DNA from: Mobula birostris
Lineage: Eukaryota
DNA length: 64,000 bases
Assembly: GCF_030028105.1 (NCBI RefSeq)
Contig: NC_092382.1
Coordinates: forward strand, 99,898,699 to 99,962,698
Reading direction: 5' to 3'
Positions 1 to 11,797 of the stretch are shown in pieces (position 1 is the first letter of the stretch; each line of letters begins with the position of its first letter). A model generated the notes under the pieces. That model did no database searches and had not been told where the DNA came from. It saw only the letters and a program-made list of their open reading frames with translations. The position numbers were made by a program, and so were the translations under genes.

Positions 1-52
1 GGCTGGTCTTGAACGGCGCTCCACCCAAAACCCGCCAGTAGCCACTCTGTGA

Positions 53-503
53 ATGATGGTGCGAGGACAATATTGTCTTCCGCTGATTGTGGCATTGATC
101 CCGCGTAAGTAAGGATAACAATTGTTCTGGGGAAGGTAACTCAGGTTCAGAGAACGGGCTACCATTTGCTGAGAGAAATTAGGCTCTAATGGAATTTCTC
201 CCTTGCAGGGATTCTGGCCGTGGACGTGGAGCAGTCACCCCCCTTCCCTGTCAGTTGGATTGGGAGAGTCAATCACCGTCCAATGCACGCTGCTGAATTC
301 GGACTATAATCATATGTACTGGTACAGACAGCGACCGGACGGCACAGTAGAAGCTCTTTTCTATTCTACTGGGAAAGATTTAGTCAACAGTTACACGTCG
401 GAATCCTACGCGGCAACAAGATCCAGCAGTACTTTCTTTCAACTGGAACTAAAGAACGCCTCGCACTCTCACTCAGCCGTTTATTTCTGCGCCTGTAGTA
501 GCG
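53..503 (+). pseudogene. TCR V segment V1 (TCR-beta-like, 'CACSS' family); leader exon 53-104, V exon 209-503; +1 frameshift in a C6 run
   Basis: Leader MMVRGQYCLPLIVALIP with phase-1 GTAAGT donor at 105 and ttgcAG acceptor at 207-208. Exon reads RILAVDVEQSPP, then needs a -1 shift at C238-C243 to continue SLSVGLGESITVQC...MYWYRQ...SAVYFCACSS. 23-RSS follows. Confidence 0.85.
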
Positions 504-542
504 CACAGAGGTTGAGAAGTCGAGCCGCCTCTGACAAAAACT
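504..542 (+). other. 23-RSS of V1
   Basis: CACAGAG (504-510) + 23 nt + ACAAAAACT (534-542). Confidence 0.9.
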
Positions 543-584
543 GTTCTGCACAATCGCTGAAGGCTCAGAACCCGCTCTTCGCCA

Positions 585-600
585 CCAGTAGGGGTCGCTG
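585..600 (+). promoter_or_regulatory. CTCF-like motif about 42 bp 3' of the V1 RSS
   Basis: CCAGTAGGGGTCGCTG vs consensus CCASYAGRKGGCRS; one core mismatch; positional homolog at V2. Confidence 0.5.
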
Positions 601-959
601 CACATTGAGCTTCACTGTCCGAGTATCGTCCAGCATAACACTATAATTGCCTTTTGATTCTTCCCATCCGCACAACCCAGTACGTAATATCAGGAACTCA
701 GATTCGGAGGAAAAGGCAAGGATGCCTGAAGTAATTCAGAAACACTCCACACAAAAGAAAAACAGTGACCGCCTCGAATTTCATACGAAGCTAAAGAAAT
801 TTGGCAAGTCCCCTTTAAGCCACAGCAAAATTTACAACTGAAGTGCTTAAATTATTTGCAGGGATGGCGTTCAAAGCAATCTTCATTTTGTTATCTGGCG
901 ATAATAACAGATGTATGATGTGTTTGTATAAATGACTTATTGGTAGATTAATAACCCTC

Positions 960-1090
960 CTGAACACCTTCAGCAAAACTGCCAGGAAGCGAATTTGTTC
1001 ACCCTCGCGCTCATGTGCAGCCCGTCTCTGTTGTACAGGGCGCACCTTCCCCAGAACAGATACCAGTGAGGTTTCAACCCATAAACGGAA
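960..1090 (-). mobile_element. CR1 ORF1 esterase-domain relic
   Basis: Minus-strand HWYLFWGRCALYNRDGLHM resembles the CR1 ORF1 SGNH-esterase motif (HWDLFWGRxDLYKRDGLHL). Confidence 0.55.
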
Positions 1091-1148
1091 ACTAGAATTG
1101 CAGTTATATAATAGAATGGTAGAGAGATCGATTGATACATGGATGCAT

Positions 1149-1149
<1 letters not shown>

Positions 1150-1186
<37 letters not shown>
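1150..1186. repeat. (GA)n microsatellite
   Basis: Direct reading. Confidence 0.95.
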
Positions 1187-1190
<4 letters not shown>

Positions 1191-2124
1191 GCAGGAAATA
1201 ATACACAGCTGGAAACTCATAATTATGTTTTTACTGGTGGTAGTTCCTGAATCTCTGATTACTTACCCAATTAAAAACAAGTGTCTTTCCTACTCATGTT
1301 TGCTCAGCAAATAATGAAGCTCTCGTTCAACGCCAACTGCACTTCCAACTTCGCTCTTCTTCTGGCCTTTGATTTGAAATGTTGCTCGGGGTATGACGCG
1401 CAGGAAGTGACGAAGCCACCGGACAGTAGCATAGCCGCAGTCCAAACAGACAACGCAAAGTGCTTCTCCTGAATGCTGGCATTCTGCTACACTTGATACC
1501 AAAGCGGCTGGTGTCTCTCTGGGGCGGATGTTGGCATGTGGGACACGTTGAATGCTGTTGATTCCCAGTAAGTCAAAACATCATAGAACCAGGGAGAGGG
1601 CTGGTGTTCTTGGCAGAGTTACGTATCGCGACGTTGGCTGTGGTTTATCTTGATCGAGGGTCGTAAATTCGAATCCTCCTTTATTACTCATGTCCCTCAA
1701 CTGCAAGATCAGACCATCAATGTGCACGGTCGTCCCAGGTCCCTTTATGTTTTGTCATTGAAATGATACGTCCTATCCGGCGGACGGGATTAAACTTGAA
1801 AGAGTGCTTTTGTACGTTTATCGGAGATACCGCAAAGGGGGTTGACGTCCGGATCCTAGCGGTGATCAAATTCGAGTAAGTTGTCAGATATCCCGGGGTA
1901 ATTTTTCATTCTGCTCTAAGTTTGCCTGACTTGGCCCACGGCGCGTTTCCTTGCTATGGTGTTTTTCACGTGATGTTCATGAGTCCAATGGATGATATCC
2001 CGTTGGGGTTTCCTAAGGATGGCCGGTAATTTTTATGGGCACGTGTTCCTTCTCTCTGACTTTGCAGAATACCTGGTCGATTATTGAGAGAAAGTAATAG
2101 TCTAATAGATTTTCCACTTTGCAG

Positions 2125-2417
2125 GCGTTCTGGCCGTGTACGTGGAACATGTGCCTCCCGCCTTGTCAACTGGAGTTGGCGAGTCAGTCGACGTCACATC
2201 CACGCTGCTCAATACTGACGGTAGCAATATGTTTTGTACAGACAGAGACACGGCTGGGCAACAGAAGCTCTTATCTTCTCCACTGGGCAAGGCATCGACA
2301 CGAAGTCCACAACCGAGTCCTACACGGCCACGAGAACGAGCAGCACACTGTTCAATCTGGAAGTGAAAGACGTCTCGCCCTCTCACTTCGATGTCTTCTT
2401 CTGCCCCGGTATCAGCG
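2125..2417 (+). pseudogene. TCR V segment V2 pseudogene (paralog of V1)
   Basis: ttgcAG acceptor at 2123-2124. VLAVYVEHVPPALSTGVGESVDVTS has the first Cys replaced by Ser; 1-nt deletion at the W of WYRQ; ends DVFFCPGIS. 23-RSS follows. Confidence 0.85.
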
Positions 2418-2456
2418 CACAGAGCTCGACAAGCCGAATCTGGTGTGACATAAACC
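2418..2456 (+). other. 23-RSS of V2
   Basis: CACAGAG + 23 nt + ACATAAACC. Confidence 0.85.
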
Positions 2457-2495
2457 TTCTGCCCTATTACTGGGAGATTCATAAGAAGATTCGCA

Positions 2496-2511
2496 CCACT
2501 AGGGGTCAGTA
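2496..2511 (+). promoter_or_regulatory. CTCF-like motif about 40 bp 3' of the V2 RSS
   Basis: CCACTAGGGGTCAGTA. Confidence 0.5.
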
Positions 2512-2856
2512 GCAGATTGCGTTTCTCAACTCATTTTGCATCTGGCATAGGATCCATTTTACTCTGGTCAGGTATTGCTCAGCTCCGAGGCACAGGACCG
2601 TGCCTTTTATACACCTTTCCTTGCACTACACACCTTCGCGTGTTTCAGCCTTCTTCAATTATCTCTGATCCATTGATAATCACACAGGACCAAAGTGAAG
2701 GCTGAGTCACAGTAGACTGTGCGACGTGGGAAACAGTTGACAACCTCGACTTCATCCATCGGAGCTTTTATAGAGCTGGGATGTGTCACGGGCTTGCAGA
2801 ACAAGAAGAAAAATAGAGTGCTATGACTAAACGTTTATATTCAGTCATTTTAGATT

Positions 2857-3000
2857 ATTTATCTGCCTATCTAACTGTACATCTATCTATCTAACTGCCT
2901 ACCTGTCTATCTATCAATCAATCAATCTATCTACCTATCCAACAATCAATAAATCTATCTATCTATCTATCTACCTATCTCACTGTCTATCGATCTATCT
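2857..3000. repeat. Degenerate (TATC)n/(ATCA)n tetranucleotide tract
   Basis: Direct reading. Confidence 0.85.
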
Positions 3001-3448
3001 GTACAGACAGAATCGTCATGGTCGTTGACGTTCCATGTAGATGGGACAAATAAAGTAAATCATCGATCATAGCTTGCGAAATGAGAGGTGTGATCACCAG
3101 TAAGAACAATAGTCGGAGGGGGCGGGGAGCGAAAAGGGAGAGAGAGAGAGAGAGAGAGAGAGAGCAAGAAAGAGAGATAAGGAAGAAGAGAATGCGACGA
3201 GTCATTCAACACTTGTCTATCGATGGGAGACGGATATGGGAAGTCAAGAAGGGAAAATGATATTTCGGTAAAGTATAACTCCGCAAGCCTCGATTCTGGT
3301 TGGTCAAAAGGAGCAGAGGGCGCGCCCATCCGTATGACCAATGACCATTTAGGTCAATGAGTTACGTGACAAGCGGGACTGAAGTGAGTGGATTCATTGC
3401 TCCTGGAGACAACAGTTTCACTTGGGAGGGCATTATCCTCCAGAGAAG

Positions 3449-4041
3449 ATGTTTCTGTTTCTGCAACTGATCGTCTCCTTCCACTATGAGGGAAAAATTT
3501 GCTTATACTTTTTCCTCTGTTTTCCCTATTGTAATCCTCGCTTCCGCCAATTCTGTGCCTTTTCTGTCTCATTCTGCGCTTTTCTTCGCCCATTTCCATC
3601 CTCCCTCTGATATTTTTTCGTCGGAACCTCTCCATACCGACCGTCGCCCGAAAATAACCCAACTTCAATCCTCCCCCTTCTCTACACCGTCGTTCTCCCC
3701 GTCCGCATGCTCTCCTTTTTTCACTCCCACTCTCTTCTTCAGACGTGACCCCGGTGACGATCCAGCAGATTCCAGCTTTCTCCGGTCCCACCGGCCGGGC
3801 TGTGACGCTGAACTGTACTGTCGAGGGGCGCAGCAACGCGGCTGATAGAATGTTCTGGTACGGAGAACACCCGGTACAGGGGCTCGAGAACTTGTTCTAC
3901 TCTACGGTTGCCGGTAACGTGCAACCAAGGGGGTCGCTGTACGGCTTTACCGCAGAGAGACCGAGCAGCTACATCTTCAGGCTGAGCTCTGTCGCCTTGC
4001 AGGCGATTTCGCCAGCCGTGTACTTCTGTGCCTGGCGTGAT
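3449..4041 (+). pseudogene. TCR V segment V3 (TRBV30-like family); leader 3449-3485 with mutated donor, open V exon 3743-4041
   Basis: Leader MFLFLQLIVSFH is followed by ATGAGG instead of GTGAGT. V exon is open: VTIQQIP..VTLNCTVEGRSN..MFWYGEH..LFYS..AERPSSYIFRLSS..AVYFCAWRD. 23-RSS follows. Confidence 0.8.
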
Positions 4042-4080
4042 CACAGCGACTGAATCAGTCGGAGGAGCTGAACAAAAAAC
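4042..4080 (+). other. 23-RSS of V3
   Basis: CACAGCG + 23 nt + ACAAAAAAC. Confidence 0.9.
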
Positions 4081-5510
4081 GCACCGCCTTGATGTCAATC
4101 GAAGCGCGGGTGTGAGCCTGTCCGACAGATGGCGCTGCGATGCTGCCACTGAGAGAAATAACAGGGCGAAGATATCGCACCTGCACCTGTCATGCATTTC
4201 CCTTGTTACGGATTAAAATGGCTGTAGCGATTCTACACAGATATCTTTGCACCCGTTTTGTTTTTTTTGTTTCGGTGAAAGCCTTCCTCCGATGATCAGA
4301 CTGGTGTGTACTCAGACTGCATGGTGGTTCTTCGTTACATGACCGTTTTGATCAGAACTTCCGAGTGAGGGTTGAGACTTCCAACTATATGCAGTCTCCC
4401 TACACCTACATCCTGCACATTCATCGCTTTGTGCATCATTCTGGGCAATACGTCAGCTGTGCCTGAGTCAAGCCTTTCTCTGACGTAACGCCCCTTCTCC
4501 CTAATGTTTCGTTGAGGCTGCCTGACAAGACGAAGTCATTCTGCAAACAAAGTACTAAACATAAAATAAATAGGTAATATCTAGACATGAATATAACTAG
4601 ATAGATGGATTAATAAATAGACAGACAGAAAGAAAGGCAGACAGATAGATATAAAGATATATTTTTAGCTAGATGATGGACAGAGAGAGAGAGAGAGAGA
4701 GAACAGTAGATAGGGAGAGGGCTGGAGTGATAGTGAGACAGACATAGAAGGAGATAGTCAATGCGCCCGGCAAACAACTTCAGCTTATTTGTGACTGAGA
4801 GGCGTTCATGAAGATGTAGGGGAAGAGAATAATCTTCAGTGAGAGAGAGTGGGAGAAAGAGAGAATTCCGCTGGGGAGAGAGTTAGGAGGGCATTCGGCT
4901 AATTTGGATCGAACGTATGCATTCGTTCCAACCGGCTCAGAGAAGAACGAAGCGGAGCTTAAACCGAGTATGACGATGGGAGGCGGTGTTTGGGAGACGT
5001 TACTCTATTTCCAACAAACAAGAAACGCTGGAGGTACACATCACGTCAAGTAGTATCTACGGAATGGAAAAACCAGTCAATGTTTAGTACCGAGACATCA
5101 CATCGGAACTGGAAGGGAATCTAGAATAATAAAGTGCGGAAGGAGAAGGACCTCAAGACCGCAGGTGACAATTGAGGTCAGTTGAGGGGGCAGTTGTTCG
5201 CGTAGCGGCGATGTCACATTTTATGGAAAGTTGGAAGGGGGTAGCTGGAAAACATAGACGGTGGAAGAAGATTTCCGATATGAGAGCTGAGGTGACCACG
5301 GAAGAAAGGGGACGGAGAGTGGAACCAGAGAGAGGACATGGTCGGTGAAAAACAAAAGAAGGGAAGGCATATACTATAAAAAAGTACAGACTGACATAGA
5401 ATGGGAAGAGGGAAAAACAGGGAAGTAAGTGATATGGACAGAGAGCGAAAGTGTTGGGTGGTCAAACTCGTGAAACGGAGGCAACGCATCCCTCGAACGC
5501 AAGGCTCATA

Positions 5511-5648
5511 GAAGGGGCGTGGCTGATCGCTACTTCCGCAAATCCACCTACGTCACTGGGATACGTAACAAGCGGGGATGAAGTGAATGGATTCGTCTCT
5601 GATGCACGCAGCACTTTCATCGCTGAGAGAATAAACCCGCCAAGGAAG
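5511..5648 (+). promoter_or_regulatory. V4 promoter module (GC box, ETS site, CRE-like decamer)
   Basis: GGGGCGTGGC 5514-5523, ACTTCCG 5532-5538, TACGTCACT 5549-5557; same block upstream of leaders at 7555, 11448 and 13122. Confidence 0.7.
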
Positions 5649-6266
5649 ATGTTTCTGGTTCTGCAGGTCATCCTCGCCTTCCGTTGTGAGTGAATTTGAA
5701 CAAAAAATATTCTTTTCATTTCTTTGCTACTGTCTTACTTTCATATTCCCTCCAGTAGCCTCTTAATCTTTCTGTATTTAGTTACGAATCGTCGCATCCT
5801 CACACTATCTTCATTCACCCGCCGCCTTTGAATTCCGTCCACCTCTCGAGCTCTCCCGACATCAGTTCTTCTCTTTTCCCTCAATGCTCCCTCTTTTTCC
5901 TCCTCCCTGTTGACCAGGGTCTCCCTGTTCGTTCACCGCATTTTGCCACCTCCGTCTCTTTTTCCAGACGCGACCTCAGTAACAATTCACCAGACTCCGG
6001 CTGTCTCAGGAACTCCCGGCCAGAACGTAACCCTGCGTTGCACAGTGGATGGTATTACCAGTAATACTAACTGGTTGTACTGGTACCGACAGTACCCGGG
6101 AAAGGGCCCGGAGAACATGATTTACTCGAACGCAGCTAAGTACGTCCAACCGGGGGGAATGGTCGACGGTTTTAAGGCAGAGAGACCAAAGAACAACGAG
6201 TTCCTCCTGAAGTCGAACAAACTAGAGGCGAATTCGTCGGCCGTGTATTTCTGCGCCTGGAGTATT
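5649..6266 (+). CDS. TCR V segment V4, apparently functional (TCR-beta, TRBV30/Trbv31-like); leader 5649-5685, V exon 5968-6266
   Basis: MFLVLQVILAFR/YATSVTIHQTP..VTLRCTVDG..LYWYRQ..FKAERP..FLLKSNKL..AVYFCAWS. GT/AG intact, frame open, both Cys and the Trp present, 23-RSS follows. Confidence 0.9.
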
Positions 6267-6305
6267 CACGGCGGCTCAGAGTGACGAGGCAGCCGAACAA
6301 AAACC
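6267..6305 (+). other. 23-RSS of V4
   Basis: CACGGCG + 23 nt + ACAAAAACC. Confidence 0.9.
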
Positions 6306-7250
6306 TCACCGTCAGAAGGGTCTGTGCTTTCAGCAAAACAGGAAATACGACTCCTGTCAATCATGGGGTGGGAGGAGGGTCTATCTGGCAGGCGCTGCGC
6401 CGTTGCGGCCAATCAGTGAACTATGGGGCGGAGGTATTATGCCATGGCGTTTCATTTCCTCCTCTTCTTAAACATTCAGATGGGGGAATATGATCCTCAC
6501 CGCTCTTCCCCACCCCCCACTCCATCTTTCGTTGATTCTGCAGCCTAGGGTAGAGGACAGCCGGATAGTTAAGAAACAGGGCGAGACTGGAGAACGGCTG
6601 TAGGATACACCCGGTGAATGGCAGAACAGGGCGTCCCTGGAAGGAACAGAGGGATATTGATGATCACCAATCACTGAAGATGACAGAATATGAGGGTGTT
6701 GGCGGATCTTGGGGGTTCAAGCAGAAATAGTTTTCTCAGGCGGAATTTGGGGTGCGCGTGGATTTGGGGTTGTTGGCGTATTCGGGTTGCTAGCCAATTT
6801 GCTGGCGTGTGCAGACTTGAAAATTTTGGCGTATGTGAGCGTGCCAGCCGATATGTAGGGGACCTGCTCCATGCAAACACGGGGTATTTCACGGGGTTTA
6901 GCTGCGATCTGGAAGGGCTTAGAATACAGATTCCAAATGCTTAATCTGACGAGATAGCGGAGTCAACATGTTCCCGGTGTACTCCGGATTTCTCCGGCTT
7001 TCTGAGACAGGAGCTCTCCGGCATGGAAAAGGCTGACAATGGGAGTTACACACGGACTAAAATGCCACATGTGGTTTGGAGTGCGGTGATTATTCAGAGA
7101 GATTCTTGTATTCAATAAAAACTTGGTCAATTATGGCCCTTCTTCCCGCAACGGATCTCTAGTATTGCGGAAATCCGAAGACGAAGGAGCAATAAAAAAC
7201 AGCAAGAGAGAGATGTCGGGCGCGGAGAGGGCGACGGAGTTGAGCAGAGA

Positions 7251-7386
7251 GNNNNNNNNNNNNNNNNNNNNNNNNNNNNNNNNNNNNNNNNNNNNNNNNN
7301 NNNNNNNNNNNNNNNNNNNNNNNNNNNNNNNNNNNNNNNNNNNNNNNNNNNNNNNNNNNNNNNNNNNNNNNNNNNNNNNNNNNNNN
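7251..7386. other. Assembly gap (136 N)
   Basis: N run beginning in a GA-rich tract. Confidence 1.
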
Positions 7387-7427
7387 GGAGCGTAACAACA
7401 CATCCCTGAGATCGGATAGGTTCATGG

Positions 7428-7597
7428 AAGGGGCGTGGCAGATCGCTACTTCCGCAAGTCCACCGACGTCACTGATATCAGTAACAAGTGAATGGACTCG
7501 TCTCTGCTGCCACACAACACTTTCATCACTGAGAGAATAAACCCTCCAAGGAAGATACTTTTATTTCTGTGGTTTCTCCTCGCCTTCCACTGTGAGT
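7428..7597 (+). pseudogene. Orphan V promoter + leader exon (7555-7591, start codon ATA); no V exon follows
   Basis: Promoter block homologous to V4; 37-nt leader with GTGAGT donor; about 130 bp of intron then the downstream minisatellite-type repeat. Confidence 0.8.
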
Positions 7598-8289
7598 GAT
7601 GTTGACAAACAATATTAATTTTTATTTCTTTGCTTCTCTCTTCCTTTCAGATTCCTTTCACGTGCTTTACCTTCAAGTAGTCTCGGAATATTTCTAAATT
7701 TATTTACGAAACCTTGCGTCGGCGCACCGTGAATGGTGGGGAATGTCGAGGCACAAATGTCCTCGGTGTCGAAGAGCAGTAGACAAACCGAGAACGCTGG
7801 GAAATGTCGAGGGACAGATGGACCCCGGAGTACAGGGCAGGACTCACGGCGTGAATTGTGGGAGTGTGAAGGGACAGAGGGTTCTCAGTGTACGAAGATT
7901 GGAGAGGACCGGATAATAGTGATTGTTAAGAGACGGGGGGCGACATGATAACAAGGATGGCGCACACACCGTGAAGGGTAGAGTACTTTGGAGGGACGAC
8001 GGGATATTGATGGACATGCTAACCGATTAATGAAGGTGACAGGATCTGGGGGTGCCGGCTGATCTGGCGATTTTAAACAGAAGAGAATCGTCAGATGCAG
8101 GAAACCCGCAAAATACGCAGGGCATGCAAAATCTCCGCGCACAGAATGCCACCTTGGAAAGGACTGCATGTTTACGAAATAGTTGGATTGATCTTTGAGT
8201 AGTGTTGGGCTCTCAGTAACACTAGACGGACTGTTAAATGTTAATCGCTTATTACCAAAATGGCTTCTCTGAGGTGTTGTATTAAAATT

Positions 8290-8815
8290 AGTCATAGTCA
8301 CACTTTATTGATCCCGAGGGCAACTGATTTTCGTTACAGTTGCACCAACCAAGAATAGAGAATAAATATCGAAACATAAAACCATAAATAAATAAATAGT
8401 ACCATGTAAATTATGCCAGGAAATAAATCCAGGACCAGCCTATTGGCTCAGGGTGTCTGACCCTCCAGGGAGGAGTTGTAAAGTTTAATGGCCACAGGCA
8501 GGAATGACTTCCTATGACGCTCTGTGCTGCATCTCGGTGGAATGAGTCTCTGGCTGAATGTACTCCTGTGCCCAACCAATACATTATGCAGTGGATGGGA
8601 GACATTGTCCAAGATGACATGCAACTTGGACAGCATCCTCTTTTCAGACACCACCGTCAGAGAGTCCAGTTACATCCCCACAACATCACTGGTCTTACGA
8701 ATGAGTTTGTTGATTCTATTGGTGCCTGCTACCCTCAGCCTGCTGCCCCAGCACACAACAGCAAACATGATAGCATTCGCCACCACAGACTCGTAGAATA
8801 TCCTCAGCATCAGTA
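8290..8815 (-). mobile_element. Rex/Babar- or L2-like LINE 3' fragment
   Basis: HPLHNVL..RSTFSQRLIPPRCSTERHRKSFLPVAIKLYNSS is a typical RT C-terminal tail, followed by an AT-rich 3' tail. Confidence 0.7.
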
Positions 8816-8827
8816 CCTGTAGGTACT

Positions 8828-9370
8828 GTTACCTGCTGAGAGAGGGGGTCTTTGTAACAACAATGTTTGTGTAATACAATGTGATAATGGAAATAGTATA
8901 CATTTGTTAACCAATGTTCTGCTGTCTTGGATATGTGTGCTGAGTTGAGGAGCACAGGCTTTTTCGGGAGACGAGCAGAGAGGACAGACGTGTGAGGAAC
9001 GGACAGCCGTTCCAGGGCGGCTGTACCGGACCTCTGGGGTTCGGAGGGTGGCCGGAGTCTCCGAAAGACACTGTGGATGGAATCGGAGACGTAGGCTCCA
9101 ACGTATTAAAATATTATGTGCACAGGACTGATAAGTTACTTATGTGGCGCCCTCTCTTTTAGTTGTTGCTACTAACCCATCATCAAAATTTGCTATAAAG
9201 TATAATTCTTTACTCGCACTTAGTATATTGTTTCATATTATTGTCGTGGCTGATTATTGGGCGACTCACACCTTCTCCGCACCAAAGCATTTGCACTGCT
9301 TGGCGGGGTCGAGAGCTATTACCCGAGAAACGGGATTCAGCTGGGGCAAAGGCCGTTGCAGTAGATTATA
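8828..9370 (+). mobile_element. Solo-LTR-like repeat (related to the LTR-like block at about 29.1 and 46.6 kb)
   Basis: Shared blocks ttttcgggag, gctccaacg and ctgataagtt..ggcgcc; boundaries approximate. Confidence 0.4.
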
Positions 9371-10176
9371 AGGTCGGCAGAAGATGGAAGACAAAACAGC
9401 CCGAATTGTACTGGTCTACCATACGTCGCATGTTCTATGCTGTTTGTAACCTAATCCTAAGTTAGCGGATAAGAGAAAGGACAGCTACTTTTAAGAAAAC
9501 ACGGAATCTGCAGAAGGACACAACCTAGATGGCGAAGAGGCAAATAAATGGCAGTCTCGGGAAGTATATTGTCATGCATTTTGGTAGAAGAATTAGAAAT
9601 ATTGACGATTTTCAAAATGGAGAGAAAATTGAAAAAAAAAATCTGAGATCCAAGGGGACTTGGAAGTCCTCATGAAAGGTTCTGTGGGGTGGGTGGCAAA
9701 CACAATGTTATCATTGATTTCGGGGAACTAGAATCTAAAATCAAGAATGTGACGATGAGACTTTATGAAGCACTGGTGAGGGTTTGATTTGTGCTGCTGT
9801 GAGCTGTTTTGGGACCCGCACCTGAGAATGGAAGAGCTGAAATTGGGGAGAATCAAAGGACTTGAACGAGAATGATTCCGACGTTTCGGAACGAACCCCT
9901 TCATCAGGAGAGGTCTGCTGTCAATCAGCGAGAGGATGTCGGATTAACGGCATGACAGATCAGACAACGGGCGTCTACACGAGTTCACATCTTCGCAGTT
10001 CATGCCTGTGCTTCCTTAGGGATTCAAGTCACTGAAATCAACCTTCTTACAAATTCGACCATTGAATAGAGAGAGTTAAATTTGATTCATGCCTAGTATA
10101 TCTCGTCTTGCTTACAGATCTGCTCTCTCTACCTCTCTGCCTTTGAGCTTGATCGGAGGGCGACGTGCGGCTGCTA

Positions 10177-10190
10177 CCACTAGGGGGCGG
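10177..10190 (+). promoter_or_regulatory. CTCF consensus motif
   Basis: CCACTAGGGGGCGG, inside a block of about 80 bp duplicated at 10835-10919. Confidence 0.65.
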
Positions 10191-10901
10191 AAATGCACTG
10201 CAGTAAAATGTATGTTATATTTTTCGAGGAGTATGAAAAGCGACAAGTTATTGGTGGAAGTTGAATTTTCTGCTTGGCTCCTCATTATGAGAAAATAGAG
10301 AGTCAGAGACTTTAAAGAGTGAAATAAAGGAGGGACACACGCAACATGACCCAATGTTGCTCCTATTTGTTTTAGCCTTCGGTTCCATGGTCTATGTAAG
10401 ATAATCCAATTTCCAATCACATGGCCCATAGAATTCAGAAGATAGATAAAGAACGAAGGGAAGTGTTTGTATGAAATGGTCAGATTGATCGCTGATTAGG
10501 TTCAAAATTTGGCACAAGTTCGAGTGGATGCCGGATAGTCGGATCAAATGACGAAGAAATACGGGACATCGCAAATTCGCAATTCTTGCCTTTGGTTGCT
10601 TTGGGATTCATCTCACTGAACCCCACCAGCGCCCAAATCTTCACATCCGACCCTGACAGGAAAGAGTTAAATCTACTTCATGCTTGGTCTATCTACCAAT
10701 GAGAGTATCACAGAATAGCAGTTTGTAATAAAAATGATTTTAGCCTGGAACCTGGTAAAAGCATCAAGATGTACAGGGACACATATCCTTTCGGTTAGAT
10801 ACATGAGGAAAATCTACTCTTCTTTCTAGGCCTCCTCTCTCTACCTCTCTGCTATTGAGCTCGATTGGAGGCTGAGCGACATGTGAAGGCACAGCCTGCT
10901 A

Positions 10902-10915
10902 CCACTAGGGGGCGG
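10902..10915 (+). promoter_or_regulatory. CTCF consensus motif
   Basis: CCACTAGGGGGCGG. Confidence 0.65.
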
Positions 10916-11310
10916 AAAACGATTAAAGGCAACAAATTGTTTGTGTAAAGTGACCTTCCCTTTCGGCAGGGTCGCGACAATCGCTACGAGCCAGAGATGC
11001 AAAGAAGGACATGGATAGAGAGAATGACAGCCTGAGAAAGAGAGAGATTTTCTGCGGAGGCTGACCTTGTAGGATACAAAGTAGTTTAGATGGTACAGTG
11101 TGCGGTCCTCAGAACGACAGAACGTGAGCTGTGATCCGCCGTCTTTCACCGGTTTGTGTAAATCTCCGAAAAACACACACACACGGTGATCTAAACGGGG
11201 AGAGGAATAAAGAGACAGGGTGGGAAGGGGACAGAGACAGAGCGAGTCGGTTGTGTGGCCAAGCTTTTATACCGGAAGCAGAACACCCCACGAATCGGGT
11301 TGGAGTATGG

Positions 11311-11490
11311 AAGGGGCGTGGCCAATTGCTACGTCCTCACATCCACCTGCGTCACTGGGTTATGTAACAAACCGGATGGAAGTGAATGAATTCGTCTCTG
11401 CCGCCCGCACCACTTTCATCACTGAGAGAGCAAACCCTCCAAGGAAGATGTTCCTGTTTCTGCAATTCATCCTCGCCTTCCGCTGTGAGT
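11311..11490 (+). pseudogene. Orphan V promoter + intact leader exon (11448-11484); V exon absent
   Basis: MFLFLQFILAFR + GTGAGT; intron homologous to that of V5 up to about 11.76 kb, then a CR1 fragment and V 3'-flank-like sequence. Confidence 0.8.
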
Positions 11491-11797
11491 GAAAGTTCCC
11501 AAATATTATTATTTTTATCATTCTCCACTTGTGTCTTTCTTTCACGTTCGTTCCACTTGCTTTCCCCTCCCGTCCTCTCGGACTTATTCTGTACTTATTT
11601 ACGAACCCTCGCGTCCGCAGACTACCGGCCCTCTGCCGCCGCCATTAAATTCCGATCTCCTCTCGAAATGTCCCCTTGTTCAGTCATCTTTTTTGCTTCC
11701 TTCAATGCACCCTGTATATCCCCATCCCCATTTATCTGTCTCTCCCCTTCACTTCGCACAATTACCTTTCCACTCCATTATTCCTTGTTATGTGCGT

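Noticed and set aside
1281-1720. Possible highly decayed V exon (QEVTKPP...C...YT*YQ) or hAT-like peptide on the minus strand
   Set aside because: No splice acceptor, no YxC, no RSS; the similarity is too thin either way
1992-2025. Candidate V2 leader (MISRWGFLRMA + GTAATT donor)
   Set aside because: Intron length fits V1, but the peptide is short, poorly hydrophobic and not clearly homologous to the V1 leader
2708-2746. CACAGTA + 23 nt as a possible RSS
   Set aside because: Nonamer position reads TGACAACCT and there is no V upstream
9330-9375. WGKG motif suggesting a J segment
   Set aside because: No upstream RSS, no T/V-rich FR4, in-frame stop; lies in an LTR-like repeat
9877-9912. Second hammerhead-like motif (CUGAUGA..GAAACGUC, minus strand); similar relics near 4490 and 5090
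   Set aside because: Stem I cannot form or the core is mutated; decayed PLE termini
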